Below, piece after piece: positions 1 to 13,100 of a DNA stretch of 64,000 nucleotides. The DNA is taken from contig CM097885.1 in the NCBI GenBank assembly GCA_044892525.1, forward strand, positions 5,830,001 through 5,894,000. The letters run 5' to 3'. Source of the stretch: Schmidtea polychroa. Its lineage: Eukaryota. The translations under genes and the position numbers were made by a program. Below the pieces are notes generated by a model that saw only the letters and a list, made by a program, of their open reading frames with translations, was not told the origin of the DNA and did not search any database. Each line of letters opens with the position of its first letter. Position 1 is the stretch's first letter.

Positions 1-570
1 AATGAAACGGACATAGGCCAATAGTACGGCCTCACTGTCACGAACGGTAGACTCATCTAATTGCATGGTGAAATGTGTGCCTTGCAACTTATGCACAAGC
101 TGCTCCTCAATGTTCGCTGCCATTACGTCTATTCGACGGGATACCGAGTTGTTGGACAACGGCAATTGGGAGAGGACGTCATGCGGATCTATTTTCATCA
201 TAGTTTTCATCACCACTCTAAGTGCAGGAATTATGAGGTTCTCCCCGATCGTGTGTGGCTTCCCAGATTTGGCAATTAGCGCTGCTATTTCATAACTAGC
301 TTCCAATCCGTCCTCGTTCTTTGAATTTTGTGCTTTGAACAGTGAAGTAATTGTTGCATGTTCCTGGTATTCTTTTCCCAATTTCTGGAAATAGGCGAGA
401 CTTTCAGTAGCCTTATCAGAATGAACTCGACTGAGATGGTCTTTCAGGCGTGAGGGCTTCATTGCTTCATTTGAAAGTCTTTTTACAGAGCAAACACAGC
501 GGAATGCGCTCATCATGGCAAGCAGTAATGAAGCCAAATTTGAGGTAGTCAATATTATAGCTGCGGGTCA
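1..570 (-). mobile_element. hAT (Buster/ZBED8/SCAND3-like) transposase N-terminal part, frameshifted, runs off the window start
   Basis: Manual minus-strand translation: YNIDYLKFGF..PLCLLC / LSNEAMKPSRLKDHL..IAKSGKPHTIGENLIIP..LPLSNNSVSRRI..QLDEST. 1-nt frameshift near 480. Confidence 0.85.
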
Positions 571-589
571 CAATTTTAATTTTAGGAGT

Positions 590-2456
590 AACTAGATGTA
601 TTACCCTTTTTATTCAAAATAAGTTAATATTCAAATATAAGTCTTTTAAAATATAAAAATTATTCCATAAAAATTTCCATCTAAAATTACCATTGAAAAA
701 TATTTCAATAAAATTTCTATTAAAAATTACTTAAAAAATTATTTCATAAAAAATTTCATTAAAAAATTTCAATTCTCAAACACCTACTATTATTCCAACT
801 TTTTGTTAATAAATTTGAAAATCTTACTTTAATTTACTTATTAGATTACTTTAATTTAAAAATTATTACTTTCATTTACTTATTTAACTTTTATTTAATT
901 TTTTGGATCATTGATTACTTAATTTTAAAATTTGGACCTTAATTTACTTTAATTTTAAATTTTAGACCATAATTCAATTTTTAGGCCCATAATTGACTAT
1001 AATTCCAAAATCTGAACCTTAATTTACTTTAATTTATTTTTTGGACCATAATTTACTTATATGAACCCATTTGTTTAAATTCAAGATACATAAGATCAAT
1101 TTTATTGTCATCAACATGTCCAGCTACAAAGCCACTGGGATCAGTTTTGAATAATAACGGTTTGTCCATTTCAATATCATAAGATAATGCTATCATTGAA
1201 CAACCTAATGGTCGCATCTCAGCCGATTGGGTGTTAAGCTGATTAATATCCGCAATACAACGACATATTATGTCACAAGGCATTTCATATCCATTTTTAT
1301 ATTTAAATCGAGCTGCTTCCATTTGTACACGACATACTTGAGATCGACAATCAGGGATCATACCAATCATAACACCTCCAGTACTTTCAGTAATATTAAA
1401 CAATCTTGTAGCTGAACTCTTCTCAATCATTTTATCTGGAACTTTTCTTTGTGTAGCTACTACACCACAATTATTGCCTCGAATACCAACGGAAAGCAAT
1501 CTACCAAATAAATTTGATATTAGTTTGCCAAAGACACCATTAACGTTATCAGGATCTCTTGGGGTCATAAAAAAGGAACCATCTGTTTCGTTTGTCGTAT
1601 TTCCCATTTCCATTGAGTTATCAGATTCAAAAGAACATTTATCCTCGATTATATTGCTTGATTCATAAATTTCTTCATTAAAAGCAGCCATATTTTATCG
1701 GAAAAAATAATTATTCCATAACCTGAAATCGATCAGTAAAACACAAACCAAATCGACACCAGTAACAACTCAAAATTTTTGAAAATACTTGCAATTCACA
1801 ATTAAAACAATGCCAGTTCAGAAGAAAATAAAAATTCCATCCAATCCAAGTTCCAACCACAAAACCATTTTCACCATTTTACGCGTCTGTGTGCACACAC
1901 AACCAAAACACAAAGAAAGTAAAAAGCGCACACAGACGCGAGCATCGACAATTAATCACCATTGATTACTTTAATTTAATTTTTAGACCAATCATTTACT
2001 TTAATTTAATTTTAGAATTATAATTTACTTTAATTGAAAAATCTGAGCCCATAATTTACTGTAATTCAATTTTTATACCCATAATATGCTTTATTTTAAA
2101 TATTTACTATGATTTTTTAATGTAGACCACCTTTTCTATTGAAATTCTCAGGACCATCGAGACCCACTCACTATAGTCTGAATAATCCATGCTTTTTTAT
2201 TGAAGACCACCTTTACCTATTGAAATTCTCAGGATCAAGGAGATCCACCCAAATAATAATGACTTATCCTTGGCTTTTTGTATTGAAAAAAAGTTTTGTA
2301 TTGAAAATCCCAAAAAAAAACATTGGGCATTACGCCAGCAATTATGTAATCAAATAAAGCAAAAAATGTCGACGGCAACAATTATGTTATCAAAATTTGC
2401 AACATTTTCTACCCCCCCCCTTTTTTTATGCTGTCGTACGCTACTATCTACCTACT
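590..2456. mobile_element. Non-autonomous Polinton/Maverick-like remnant (one terminus) with AT-rich tandem subrepeats
   Basis: Ends in CTACTATCTACCTACT at 2456 (reverse complement AGTAGGTAG). Blocks 700-1050 and 2110-2320 recur at 10150-11250 (inverted) and 14630-15070. The terminus truncates the adjacent piggyBac ORF. Left boundary is approximate. Confidence 0.5.
1053..1691 (-). pseudogene. PSMA6: Chimeric intronless ORF: unrelated acidic N-terminus fused to a truncated proteasome subunit alpha type-6 segment
   Basis: LSVGIRG..VVATQRKVPDK..RSQV.R..EAARFKYKNGYEMPCD..RIAD-like..TQSAEMRPLG..KTDPSG matches alpha-6. The N-terminal alpha motif and the C-terminal third are missing. Confidence 0.8.
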
Positions 2457-3685
2457 TAAATGGGTCGAAATATTACCACATCTTTATAATACGAGCGAAA
2501 ATATAACAATCGATGAGCAATTGGTTCCATACCGCGGAAAATGTCCATTTCGACAATACATGCCAAAGAAGCCGGCTAAATATGGGATTAAATTTTGAGT
2601 GCTGTGCGATAGCAAAAATAATTATGTATGGAATATAGATATATACACTGGAAAAGTAGCGGGTGAAGAACCTGAAAGAAATCAAGGAAGGCGGGTGGTT
2701 TTAGATTTGTGCCAACAACTAGAAGGGAGGAATGTAACAGTTGACAACATTTTCAGTTCTTATAAACTAGTTCAAATATTACTTTCCAAAAAAATACTAT
2801 GCTTTCCACTATTCGAAAAAATATAACGTCAATTCCAGACGTATTGCTCCAAGTAAAAGGCAAGGCAAGTTTTACTTCAAAATTTGCATTTACAAAGGAT
2901 ACAACCTTAGTGTCATACATTCCTAAAAAAATAAATGTGTTGTCCATCAGAGTACTCTTCGCAAAACAAAAGAATTGTCAGGTGGTTCTGAAAATAAACC
3001 TAATATTATATTAGATTATAATGCACGAAAGGAGGAGTTGATACCTTAGACAAAATAATAGCCAATTACAGTACTCGAAGAAAAACAAATAGATAGCCAA
3101 TTACTGTTTTTGCAAATATATTAGATATATCTATATCAAATGCATTTTTATTTTATTTACAGCTGTTTGTCCAGATTGGAATATAAAAACAAATTATCGA
3201 AAGGATATTTTCATTGAAACAGTGGGCGAATTTTCATTGAAACTGTGGGTGAATTATTGATAAAGGAACAAATGACAAGAGGGACCCATTTGCCACGAGC
3301 GGATTAATTGCTAACAATTTATGTTAGAACAAAAATACACAACTACATCTCCTTTAGAAGTACCAACAGCAAGGATACATGGTCAAAAAAGAGGCAGATG
3401 TCACATTTGTCCAAAATCGGACAATAAACATTCATAAGAATGTAAATATTGTAAAAAATTTATTTGTAAGGCACATTCCTATACCGTATGTAATAAATGT
3501 AATAAATAAATAATTAAGAGATAAATCACTCTTTATAATTCCTAAACAGTCAACATTACCGTTACTAATAAAACTAATTAAATTATTTGCATTTTGTTTC
3601 TTTTAAGTCAACAATTTCTACCTAGGTCGAAAAAGACCCGAGAGACTTTAGTGTACAGTCGATTTAAGGGACGGATGAAGGTTAA
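2457..3685 (+). mobile_element. piggyBac (PGBD4-like) transposon, 5'-truncated and degenerate, with intact right end and TTAA
   Basis: ITIDEQLVPYRGKCPFRQYMPKKPAKYGIK, NVTVDN, DYN..KGGVDTLD and a C-terminal Cys-rich domain (RCHICP..C..C). Ends GGATGAAGG|TTAA at 3681/3682-3685. Contains stops and frameshifts. Confidence 0.9.
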
Positions 3686-3999
3686 TCACTATAAATAGGT
3701 AAGGTAAATAAATAATTACTATAATTCGGTCTGTCTTGTTCGTTGGGATTAAAATTCTAGAGGGGAAAATATTAGGAACGTTAGATCACTTTACTTTAGA
3801 ATTTAGTGGCATTTTTGGGAAACACATTTATCAATTTGAATATTTTGTGCATAATTAATACATTTTTAAAAACAATGAAAGTCTTAGTTAATTCATATAT
3901 TTATTTATATTTACACGCACATATATTTATATATCTTTGGCGTCAGATATATCAGTTTGTGTTAGTAAGAATCTACCCACCAGGTCAGAACCTAACACA

Positions 4000-4257
4000 C
4001 CAATCAGTTTTTTTTCTCTAGAAAGATCCTTCAAAGAATACGTTTCGCCAAGACCTCGATCGATACACAGCTGAGGCAACAAAGGAGGTTAACAGGACTC
4101 AACAGTACCAACATGATGTGAATCATGGATGTCATGGTGAGAAAGCAGTCATGTGGATTCTTGACTAGCGGTCGAGGAATTGTACCAGTTGAGTTTCGAT
4201 GGACCTTCATCCCCGAACGACAAACGAACATGTGTCGACCCAGTTGGTATCCCAACA
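4000..4257 (+). mobile_element. 3' end fragment of a giant-LTR family relative
   Basis: Ends CCCAACA. Its reverse complement shares CATGAC..CATGATTC.CATCATGTTGGT.CTGT with 54388-54422. Confidence 0.5.
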
Positions 4258-4821
4258 CGAGTTGATTAAAAGGTTTTTTTGAATTAGTATAAAATATTTA
4301 GTTATCATCAATAGGGTGGCCACCTTGGATGAATAAGGTCTCATTACTATCAGAGTATTAAATCATCATATTTATCATTATCATAATTATCTTGATGTTA
4401 ATACCATTATTGCTACTCTAATATTCATTTTTACTATACTGATCATTGCGCATAAGATTTGAGCTTCAGATGAAAGGTATCTTTGAGATGATCACCATCA
4501 TGATTGTTGCAACGGAAATTGTGATTATGATTGTCGGGACAACAGCGTTAATGGTCATTTCCAAGCCCTTTCAGAAATTAAGTTTATATCATTGATAATT
4601 TAATAAAAATAATATTTTATAGTAAAATGTTACCCACCTATAGCTCTTTTATCAATTTATATTGCTATTACCAATGATAGTATCATTATCATTCCCGCTA
4701 ATGTAGTCAAACCAATAAAATCAATATTTATAATAATAACATTAAAAACTTTGTTTTAATTGGTTATTAATTTGTTTATAATAGAATTTGAAAATCTGTC
4801 TTACTTTAATTTAAAACGAAA

Positions 4822-6050
4822 ATGCAAAGTAATGTAGAAGACAACATTGGTTTCAGAAACGTGGATCAAAAAGGTAGTCACATTAAAATGAAAATGCCAA
4901 CCTTCGACAATGTGATAGATTGGTTCAAAGAAGTGTATACAGCATTAGAACTGGCCTCAATTAGAAACAAAAAACCAAATACTTTCACTTGTTAACCAGC
5001 CTACCATCAACAGTTCTCGAAGAATACTCGGATATAATGTAACCACATATCAAGCAACCATATTTAACACTTAAAGAAGCAATTATTAATGACTAAAAAG
5101 GATCAACATTGGAGGAAGCAAACAAACATTTACAGAAACAGGAACTTGGGGATCGTAAACCAAGCCAAATCCTTAGAGAATTAAATAGAAAATCTAAAAT
5201 AATGGAACCCAATGGTAACTCAGAAATGAGCAAAATTCTCAGATATCAGTTTATTAACTTCACGCCAGTTCACATTCAACACCTGCTAATATCGAGCAAC
5301 TTTGGGATTCATGAGCTGGCCAACATCGCCAACTTGAACGAAAGCTTTATTGATCAGTATATCTCAACGATAATAAATCATAATATTGGCTGAAACGTCC
5401 ATCAGCTTGCAATAGAGAGTTTGCAAGACAAAAGCAATGCCATAAGAGCAAACAGAAACTCTACTCGAAAGGAACGTCATTCCAGTGAAACAACGATGTA
5501 GCATATGTAGCAAATGTAGCATAAAAGCACATGGCTCAAAAGCTTTACGTTTTACGATGGTAAGTCAAAGGCAGCATTTTAATGTGAATTCTTCGTAACA
5601 GATATCTCTCGCCCAATTCTGGGGACAGACTTAATATTACACTATAAATTTCTTCATTGGAAATACATCAGCAAGAAATGTCAATAAAAAAGCAATTCAG
5701 TCAGATCTGAACATGCAATGGCAATCGAAACTATTGGGCCACCAATTGCTCAGACAGTAAGTCACGCCTTGGTGGACGCATGCTTGAGACCGTTCAAACT
5801 GAATTCGATACCTTGAACAAAGGACATCCTACGGGAGAATAAAAGTTACTGGGCGTCACCACTGGTAATAGTCAAAAATAAAGATCGAACAATACGCCCA
5901 TGCGGTAATTGCAAACTTCTGAACTCAGTCATGAAAGTCGACAAATATCCTCTGCCCAGAATAAGGGACATCATAGATCTACTCGTGGGAGGCAAAATAT
6001 TTTCAACAATTAATCTGGAAAAGACAAATCACAAAATTTCAATTGAAGAA
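4822..6050 (+). mobile_element. Degenerate Ty3/Gypsy gag-pol remnant
   Basis: Gag motif ELGDRKPSQILREL; protease end FFVTDISRPILGTD; RT start YWASPLVIVKNKD..RPCG..LNS..DKYPLPRI..IFSTI. Many stops and frameshifts. Confidence 0.85.
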
Positions 6051-7820
6051 AAAAAAGCTGAGATGATTTATTGAAATTGTAACATTCTATCACTGGATAA
6101 TACCGAATTTGGTGGATAAAATGGCTCCTTTACAGGAACGGTTATCAAACGAAGCAAAAGACAAACTTAATTATGTTGAGGATACCTAAATAATAATTTA
6201 TAAATGAATAAATAAAATTACCTGGGGTAGATCGCCATGACAAACGGGACGATCTATAGAAACTCAGAAAAGAAAACGGAAGTGAAAAAAAAATTAAAAA
6301 TGAGAAAGAGAAAGGAAATAAAAGTTATCAAAAATAGAAATCAAGGTCAGTATTAATTAATTAGTACAAAAAGGAAAAGGAATATTGAAATCGGGGAAAA
6401 AGGAAAACAACAATATCCTTATCACGACAGCTTGCCAGTGATAATAGAATTGATAGGAGAAGGCGGTCAAACAAAAAAGGGAAAAGGGACAGTCGGGGAA
6501 AGCAGGAGAAGGAAAGTGAAAAAAACACTTGATTATCCGGAGTGCCACTAGAGAAGCGAACTATATAAGGGAAAATTGGTGAACATGAAAAGAGAACAAA
6601 ATTAGAAGAAAAATTAGAGACAAAACGATTTGGGAGACGATTTGAGATACAATTTGAGAGACGATTTGAGAAATAAAATTATTGGAGAAAATTAGACGTT
6701 GGACGAAACGTTGTTGGACAAACAATTGTCAAAAATAATTGTAAAAGAATTAATTGTGGAAAATAATTTTTGGAGAAGAGTTGAAGAAAAGAATCAGTTG
6801 AATAATAAAACGAAAAGAAGTTATTTGATTATTTGAATAAAGTTTGGAAGAAAGTCAAAGAAAACAACCAGCTCAAAATCCCAGTTTAGAAACCAATCAG
6901 TAATTTTTGATCTTTTAATCCGGTGTTATACACAAGTGCTATTCCTCACCGAGTGTTGTAATAAGCATTGTATAGTCTAAAATCTAAAGATTACCATCTA
7001 AGAGCAAGGCTATTCGACATAAGAGCAGACATTCAAGTGAATATTGACATTCAACCTACCCATTATTGTCTCCGACATCACAACATTGACTTCCTACACT
7101 GAAAACAAGAAAACAGCAAAGCCTTGTCCCAAAAAGCAAAAGTGAAAAAGGATCCAGAAGCTGAAATCTGCACGAACGAGTCTACCCGATTGGAAACAAT
7201 GAGAATTTGATGCTTAATGTAAATATCCTTTTACTTTTACATTTACATTTGATTCTGTCGCTTGCGTAATTTGAAATAAATTTGTTTTTTAATCCAAATG
7301 AAATTTAAAGCAATCATTTTGAATCAAAATAAAATTTAAACCTAAATCCGTCATAAATGAAAATTAGCCATTGATAGGAACCAAATGACAGTTTAATCAT
7401 GCGTTTAAAATAACACGCTTGCGAGATTCTGAATTATTTGTTAATTGAAACTGTTAATATCCCACTACATGTAAGTTTGATTTTAACAACTATTTACTTC
7501 TGATGTACCTAATGAATTTTAGGTTCAATTATATTTTCTTGTATCCTTTCCAGTTAAGATCCACTTGCTTGTCTTATTATCTTATATATTTAAAATTTTC
7601 GGGATTTCATGATAAATTTCGGTTTTTATTAATAAGTAAAATTCCCAAAATTAATTTACATGAAATCTTTTTTGTTTTAATAATATTGTATTTGAAAATT
7701 TATGGAATGAAAAAGTGAATAAATTAATGAAATGTTACATTATTTAATATTAAATCATTTCATTAGCTATTAAAAAGGATCTCATCACAAATGCAAATAT
7801 TATTATCATTATTATATTAG

Positions 7821-8310
7821 CAATAATATGATCAGCAAATCCGACCCGAAACCTTTAAGAGATCCAAATTTCATGAAAGATTCAAAGCAAAAATTAATTA
7901 AAGTAATTCATTTAATGATTAAAAGAATGCGTAACAGAATTTGATAGAGCTTAGAAAGCACCGATTGCCCTCATCGCATCGACAGCTCTCATTTTGGTAA
8001 ACTTACCCAAACTGACGTGAAAGCAATTTGGAACATTTTATCAGTGTTGTTGTTGCGGATTGCGTTGAAATGCCTCACAAATAGCTGGCGGAGGTGAAAT
8101 GTTAAGGCATTAATCAATTTGATATAAGGCAATTTTAGTATTGCATTTAGGTGCATTTTACTGCCATTCAATACAGCAATAATTTCTCCACAACTCATAT
8201 AACATCAGCAGCAGCAGCGATGGCGGGTTTCTCGTCGGTTCCATTCGTCATAGGAGCGCTTGATTTGTTGAGGCGATTTGTCAGCGCTTATATTCGGATG
8301 GATTTTGATT
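7821..8310 (+). pseudogene. NDC80: NDC80/HEC1 calponin-homology-domain fragment with short introns
   Basis: Splicing 7903-7947 gives DPKPLRDPNFMKDSKQKLIKSLESTDCPHRIDSSHFGKLTQTDVKAIWNIL, which aligns without gaps to the NDC80 DPRPLxDK..L..FL....Y..S.KDF..IF..L pattern. Downstream FTAIQYSNNFS..PFVIGALDLL resembles the CH-domain end. No coiled coil follows. Confidence 0.6.
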
Positions 8311-8525
8311 GGATTATTTCTTTCACATTAATTATTAATTTAATTATAATAAATATAATGATAATATCTGATGGAAGGCGCGCGGGGGGGGGGGGGGGGG
8401 GAGAATGACAATGATTATCGCAATGATTAGCTCATATAATAAATCAATAATAATAATAAGGCAAATAATAAATCAGATAAGAAACCAAAATAAATCAATT
8501 TTTATTGAAATGTTTTTCTAATTTT

Positions 8526-9994
8526 TCATAATTTTTCAATTCTGCACCTGAGTAGCAATTTGTCACTTTTGGCTGCTAATTCATTGATTGAGCGATCATC
8601 ATAAATGCAAATTGGATTATTTCTGTCACGTAACGTTTTCCTCCATCCAGCATGACGAGGGCGATCTGAATATTTCATTGACTTGCTCACATAAATGCTG
8701 CCATTTGCTGGATCGATCACATCGATTGTCACGGATTGATTGAACGGCCAATCCAATTGCTCATCATTTGCCCCGCGCATCACACAGAAACCAGCCCAAA
8801 CCCTTTCACCCCCAATCCACACCGCCAAGCACATTTTGTAACCGATTGGCCCGGAATAAAATGCCTCGCTGTAAATATATTCATTTCTCTTTTGTTGTGA
8901 AAATTTATCAATTTGCCATTCAAAAAATCCATAATTTAAATATTTTTCATTTGCTAATTTTCTTTTTTTCAGCGGAATTTCATTGGCGCATTTCGCCATT
9001 TCAAGCTGCAACTGAATCTCAAATTCAAATATTTCAATAAATCAATAAATCACCTTTTGATTTTCCCGTTGCAGCCGCTGCTCGCATTTCTCTTTCATCT
9101 CATCAATTTGCTGTTGACATTTTGATTCAATCACCTCAATTTGCTGTCTGATCTGCTTTGCATCAATAACAAATCAATAACAAATCAATAACAAATCAAA
9201 TCAATAATCAAACTTGATTGATTGATCCAATATTTGTCTCCATCTCCATTCTCAATGAACGATTCTCATTCTTCAATGCCACCAATTCCTCATTCAATTC
9301 TTCTATTTCTCCTCTGCTCTCCACCTCTTTCCTTTCAATATTGCATAATTTCACCTACAATCACAAATAGCAATTAAATTAATTACAAATAAAATTTACA
9401 TTGATGTTATCAAATTGTTGTTTGAATTGCGTCATTTCTCCTTTCAATTCGATAATTTCGTTGCGCAATTTCATATTCTGATCTCATTGCCTGCATCTCA
9501 TTGCATAAATTAATGATCTGATCAATCAATAATTTGCTATGACCTTCATTGTTCTCATTGAGATGGGCTTTCATTTCGTCCTTCTCTACATCATACATTT
9601 CACATCCAATCCTATTGAACGGGCACCTGATTGGCTGCTTGTTGCATGTCCTCATGTGGCTCTCCATCACCTCTAATTCATCTTTGAATTGACAATTTTG
9701 CATTGGGCATCTCACTATCACTTCTGAAATCCTTAGATTGATCGCATGATCTTCAGAAACATCCTTATTGAAATTTATCATTTTCTTTCCACAATGTTTT
9801 GCTGCTCCTGGACAGAATTTATCTTTTCCATCCAAATAATGCTCAATGCAATCAGAACAAAAGCGGCAACCGCAAGGAGGATTGCAAGCTTTTATCATTA
9901 AACATTTGCAAATTCTGCATATCAATTCATTGCTGATTTCATTATCAAATTCAAATTTATTGATCTTCATCATTTCCCATACGCTTGCAAACAT
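8526..9994 (-). CDS. TRAF-family protein (RING, TRAF zinc finger, coiled coil, MATH) with a 1-nt frameshift; pseudogene or assembly error
   Basis: Exons 9994-9400, 9354-9214, 9152-9054 and 9011-8526, with GT-AG introns. RING CRIC..PCGCRFCSDC..CP; MATH WQIDKFS..YSEAFYSGPIGYKMCL..MRGANDEQLDWPF. Exon 1 is 595 nt and needs a frameshift near 9470 to avoid the stop at 9410. Confidence 0.85.
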
Positions 9995-10149
9995 TTTATC
10001 TAAAATTAAAAAAATATTTCAACATTTTACAACATAAATCACAAATTCATACTTATTATATTAATTATTTCCTCTGACGTTTACAATTTCAATATTTATA
10101 ATTTGTATTTTAATGTAGATAAACAAACAATTTATAAATATTGTATTTT

Positions 10150-13100
10150 ATAAATTTTTTAATTAAAGTAATGAGTAAATTAAAGTAAGATTTTTAAATT
10201 TATTAACAAAAAGTTGGAATAATAGTTGGTGATTGAGAATTGAAATTTTTATGAAATAATTTTTTAAGTAATTTTTAATAGAAATTTTAATGAAATATTT
10301 TTCAATGGTAATTTTAATGGAAATATTTATGGAATAATTTTTAAGATAATTTTAAATGAAATTTTTATGAAATATTTTTAAAAGACAAATTTTAATAATA
10401 ATTCAACAACATACCAACAACTTAGTACCAACAACCAGTAACTTATGAACATGTATTTACAACCAGATACCTAGCACTTACAACTAGATACCAAGTACTA
10501 ACAACTAAAAACAACCAGCTAACAACTAGCTACCACCTACCAAGTACATACAACCAACATCAACCAGGTACTAAGCATTATCAACCAACTACTAAGTACC
10601 TACAATTAGATACCAAGTACTAACAACCAAAAACAAGCAACCAACTAGGTACCAGATACCAAGTACTCACAACCAAGTAATTTACCTAGTAATAAGCACT
10701 GTCAACTAGATACCAAGTACTTACAACCAGATGACCACATGAAATTATTGGTTAAATAGATAAAATAATGTTTAATTTTTAAATTAACTAATCAATGATC
10801 TAAAATATTAAAGTTAAAGTCAATTTAAGATGAAAGTTTTCTGGGATTTTCATTTTAATTTTAGATGCAAATCTTCGTCAATTAATCAATGACCACATGA
10901 AATTATTGGTTAAATATGAAAATAAGGATTATATTTAGTTGTTAAGTAAATTATGGTGTAAATTAAGAAATAAAGAATAATTAGGTAAATTAAAGTTAAA
11001 AAGTTTAAATAAGTAAATTAAGGTTCAAAATTTAAAATTAAGTAACCAATAGTTCAAATTTTAAATTAAAGCTAAATAAGTAAATTAAAGTATGATTTTT
11101 AAATTTATTATCAAAAGATTGAATAACCACCAACTTTTTTGAGAAATGTAATTTTTAATGAAAATTTAAATGGAAAATTTTTTTTAGGTTAATTTTAAAT
11201 GTAAAATTTTTTAAGTTAATTTCAATGAAATATTTTTCAAAGTCAAGCGAAAATTTAATGGAATAATAATAATAATAATAATATTAATAAAAAAAATAAT
11301 ATTAATAAAAATAATTATAATAATAATATTAATAATAATAATTCAACAGTTACCAGCAATCGGTTACTAAATATTTTTAACTAGGTGCTAACAAATAAGT
11401 ACCAAATACTTTCAACATGATACCACGTACTAACTAACTCTCAAACAACCAGATACTTACAACTAACTACTTACAATCAACTAAATATTCTTTATTGTAT
11501 TTTATGAAATATATATTTTTTAATTAATTTTTTTTTATACAGCTTCTATAATAATTTTAATTACAATCAGTAGAAAAACGTTTTCAAAATGTCTAAATTT
11601 AACAAAAATATTGATTTTCATCAAAAATGAATAATTGTCAACTCATCACTACGTGGAATTGATGATAATTTAAATTACAATGAAAGACTAATGAATTCTA
11701 ATTTACAAAACATTCTTCTTTTAAATGATAACTACTGACTTATTATTGCAAAGTAAAAATCACATTCAATAAATACTTATTGTTGATCAGTTTTATTATA
11801 TATACTCTGAGTTTATCCGACAGGATGTTTTGACCCTCTACGGGTATTGGTCGTAGGGGTACTGGTCGTAAGGGTATTGCTAACACTCAACCACCACCTA
11901 CCCATTAACTAGTATCCATGTACTAAACACTAGGTTTCAAACAACAAAATACTAAACACTAACAACCACGTACTAACAACCACTATCAAAACCCATCGAG
12001 AAATTAACAAATATCAACCTATAACTAGATACTAACAACATCGCACCAACTACCAAGTACAAGATACCAACAACTTAATATCATCTACCAGTAACTATAA
12101 ACACCTATTTTTAACTAGATACCAAGTACTTACAACAAGATACCAAACGCTATCAGTTAAGTACTTACAACAAGATACCAAGACTAGCAGCAAAATACTA
12201 TCAACCAGATACCAAGTACCAACAATCAACTTACAACACATAAAAATAATAGCAATTAAATACAAAATAATCTTCATCACATACAATATCTTATCAAAAT
12301 CTAAAAAGTCGATCAGATACCAACTACCAAGTACCAAGTACTTACAACTTACAACCATGTACTAACAAATTGATCTTTAAAAGAAAATACTTATCACTTG
12401 AAAAATCGGATGAAAAATTAATTGAACTCAAGGCATCAATAACTAGGTAAAAATTGATTAAATAATTGCAAAAATTTAAATTTATTCAAAATATACCAAA
12501 TAAATATTATAAAAATGTAATTAATGGACAGAAAAGAACTTTAAATTCTAGTCATTAATCATCAAGTAAATAAAAAAAAATACTGATCATTCAAGTTAAT
12601 ATGAATCGACTAAGTTAATAAGAATTTTGAAATAAGATCTAATAAATAATTGATTTAGATTGAATAAATAAATTAAAATTAATTAATTTTAATTATTTTT
12701 TTAAAAGTAATGCATGTACTCAAATTGATTGACTGGTTGCTCAATATATTCAAAATAAAATCAGTATAAATTCATTACAGTTATCAAAGTCAGCAATCTA
12801 CAATAAAAATAATTATCATTAAATTCCAAAAGAGACTGATAACTAATGATAACATCTAACAAACCAGTAAATTCATTTAAATGGCAATAATTGGTATATC
12901 CAAGTGAATTCTCCAATAAAATCATCTAAAAAGAATCATTTTCCCCTAAATATATCAATATTTAAAGATTGGTATTTTATTGATAAATACTTGTTAAAGA
13001 TCTCAAACTAATAAGATTCCTTAAAATCCCTTAAATGACTATATTTCAACCCTTAATTCATATTATTACAAATATCATCTAAAAAGCATCAAATTTCCTT

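Noticed and set aside
6237..7250. Possible LTR (purine-rich, TATATAAG, AATAAA)
   Set aside because: No confident termini, TSD or second copy found in the window.
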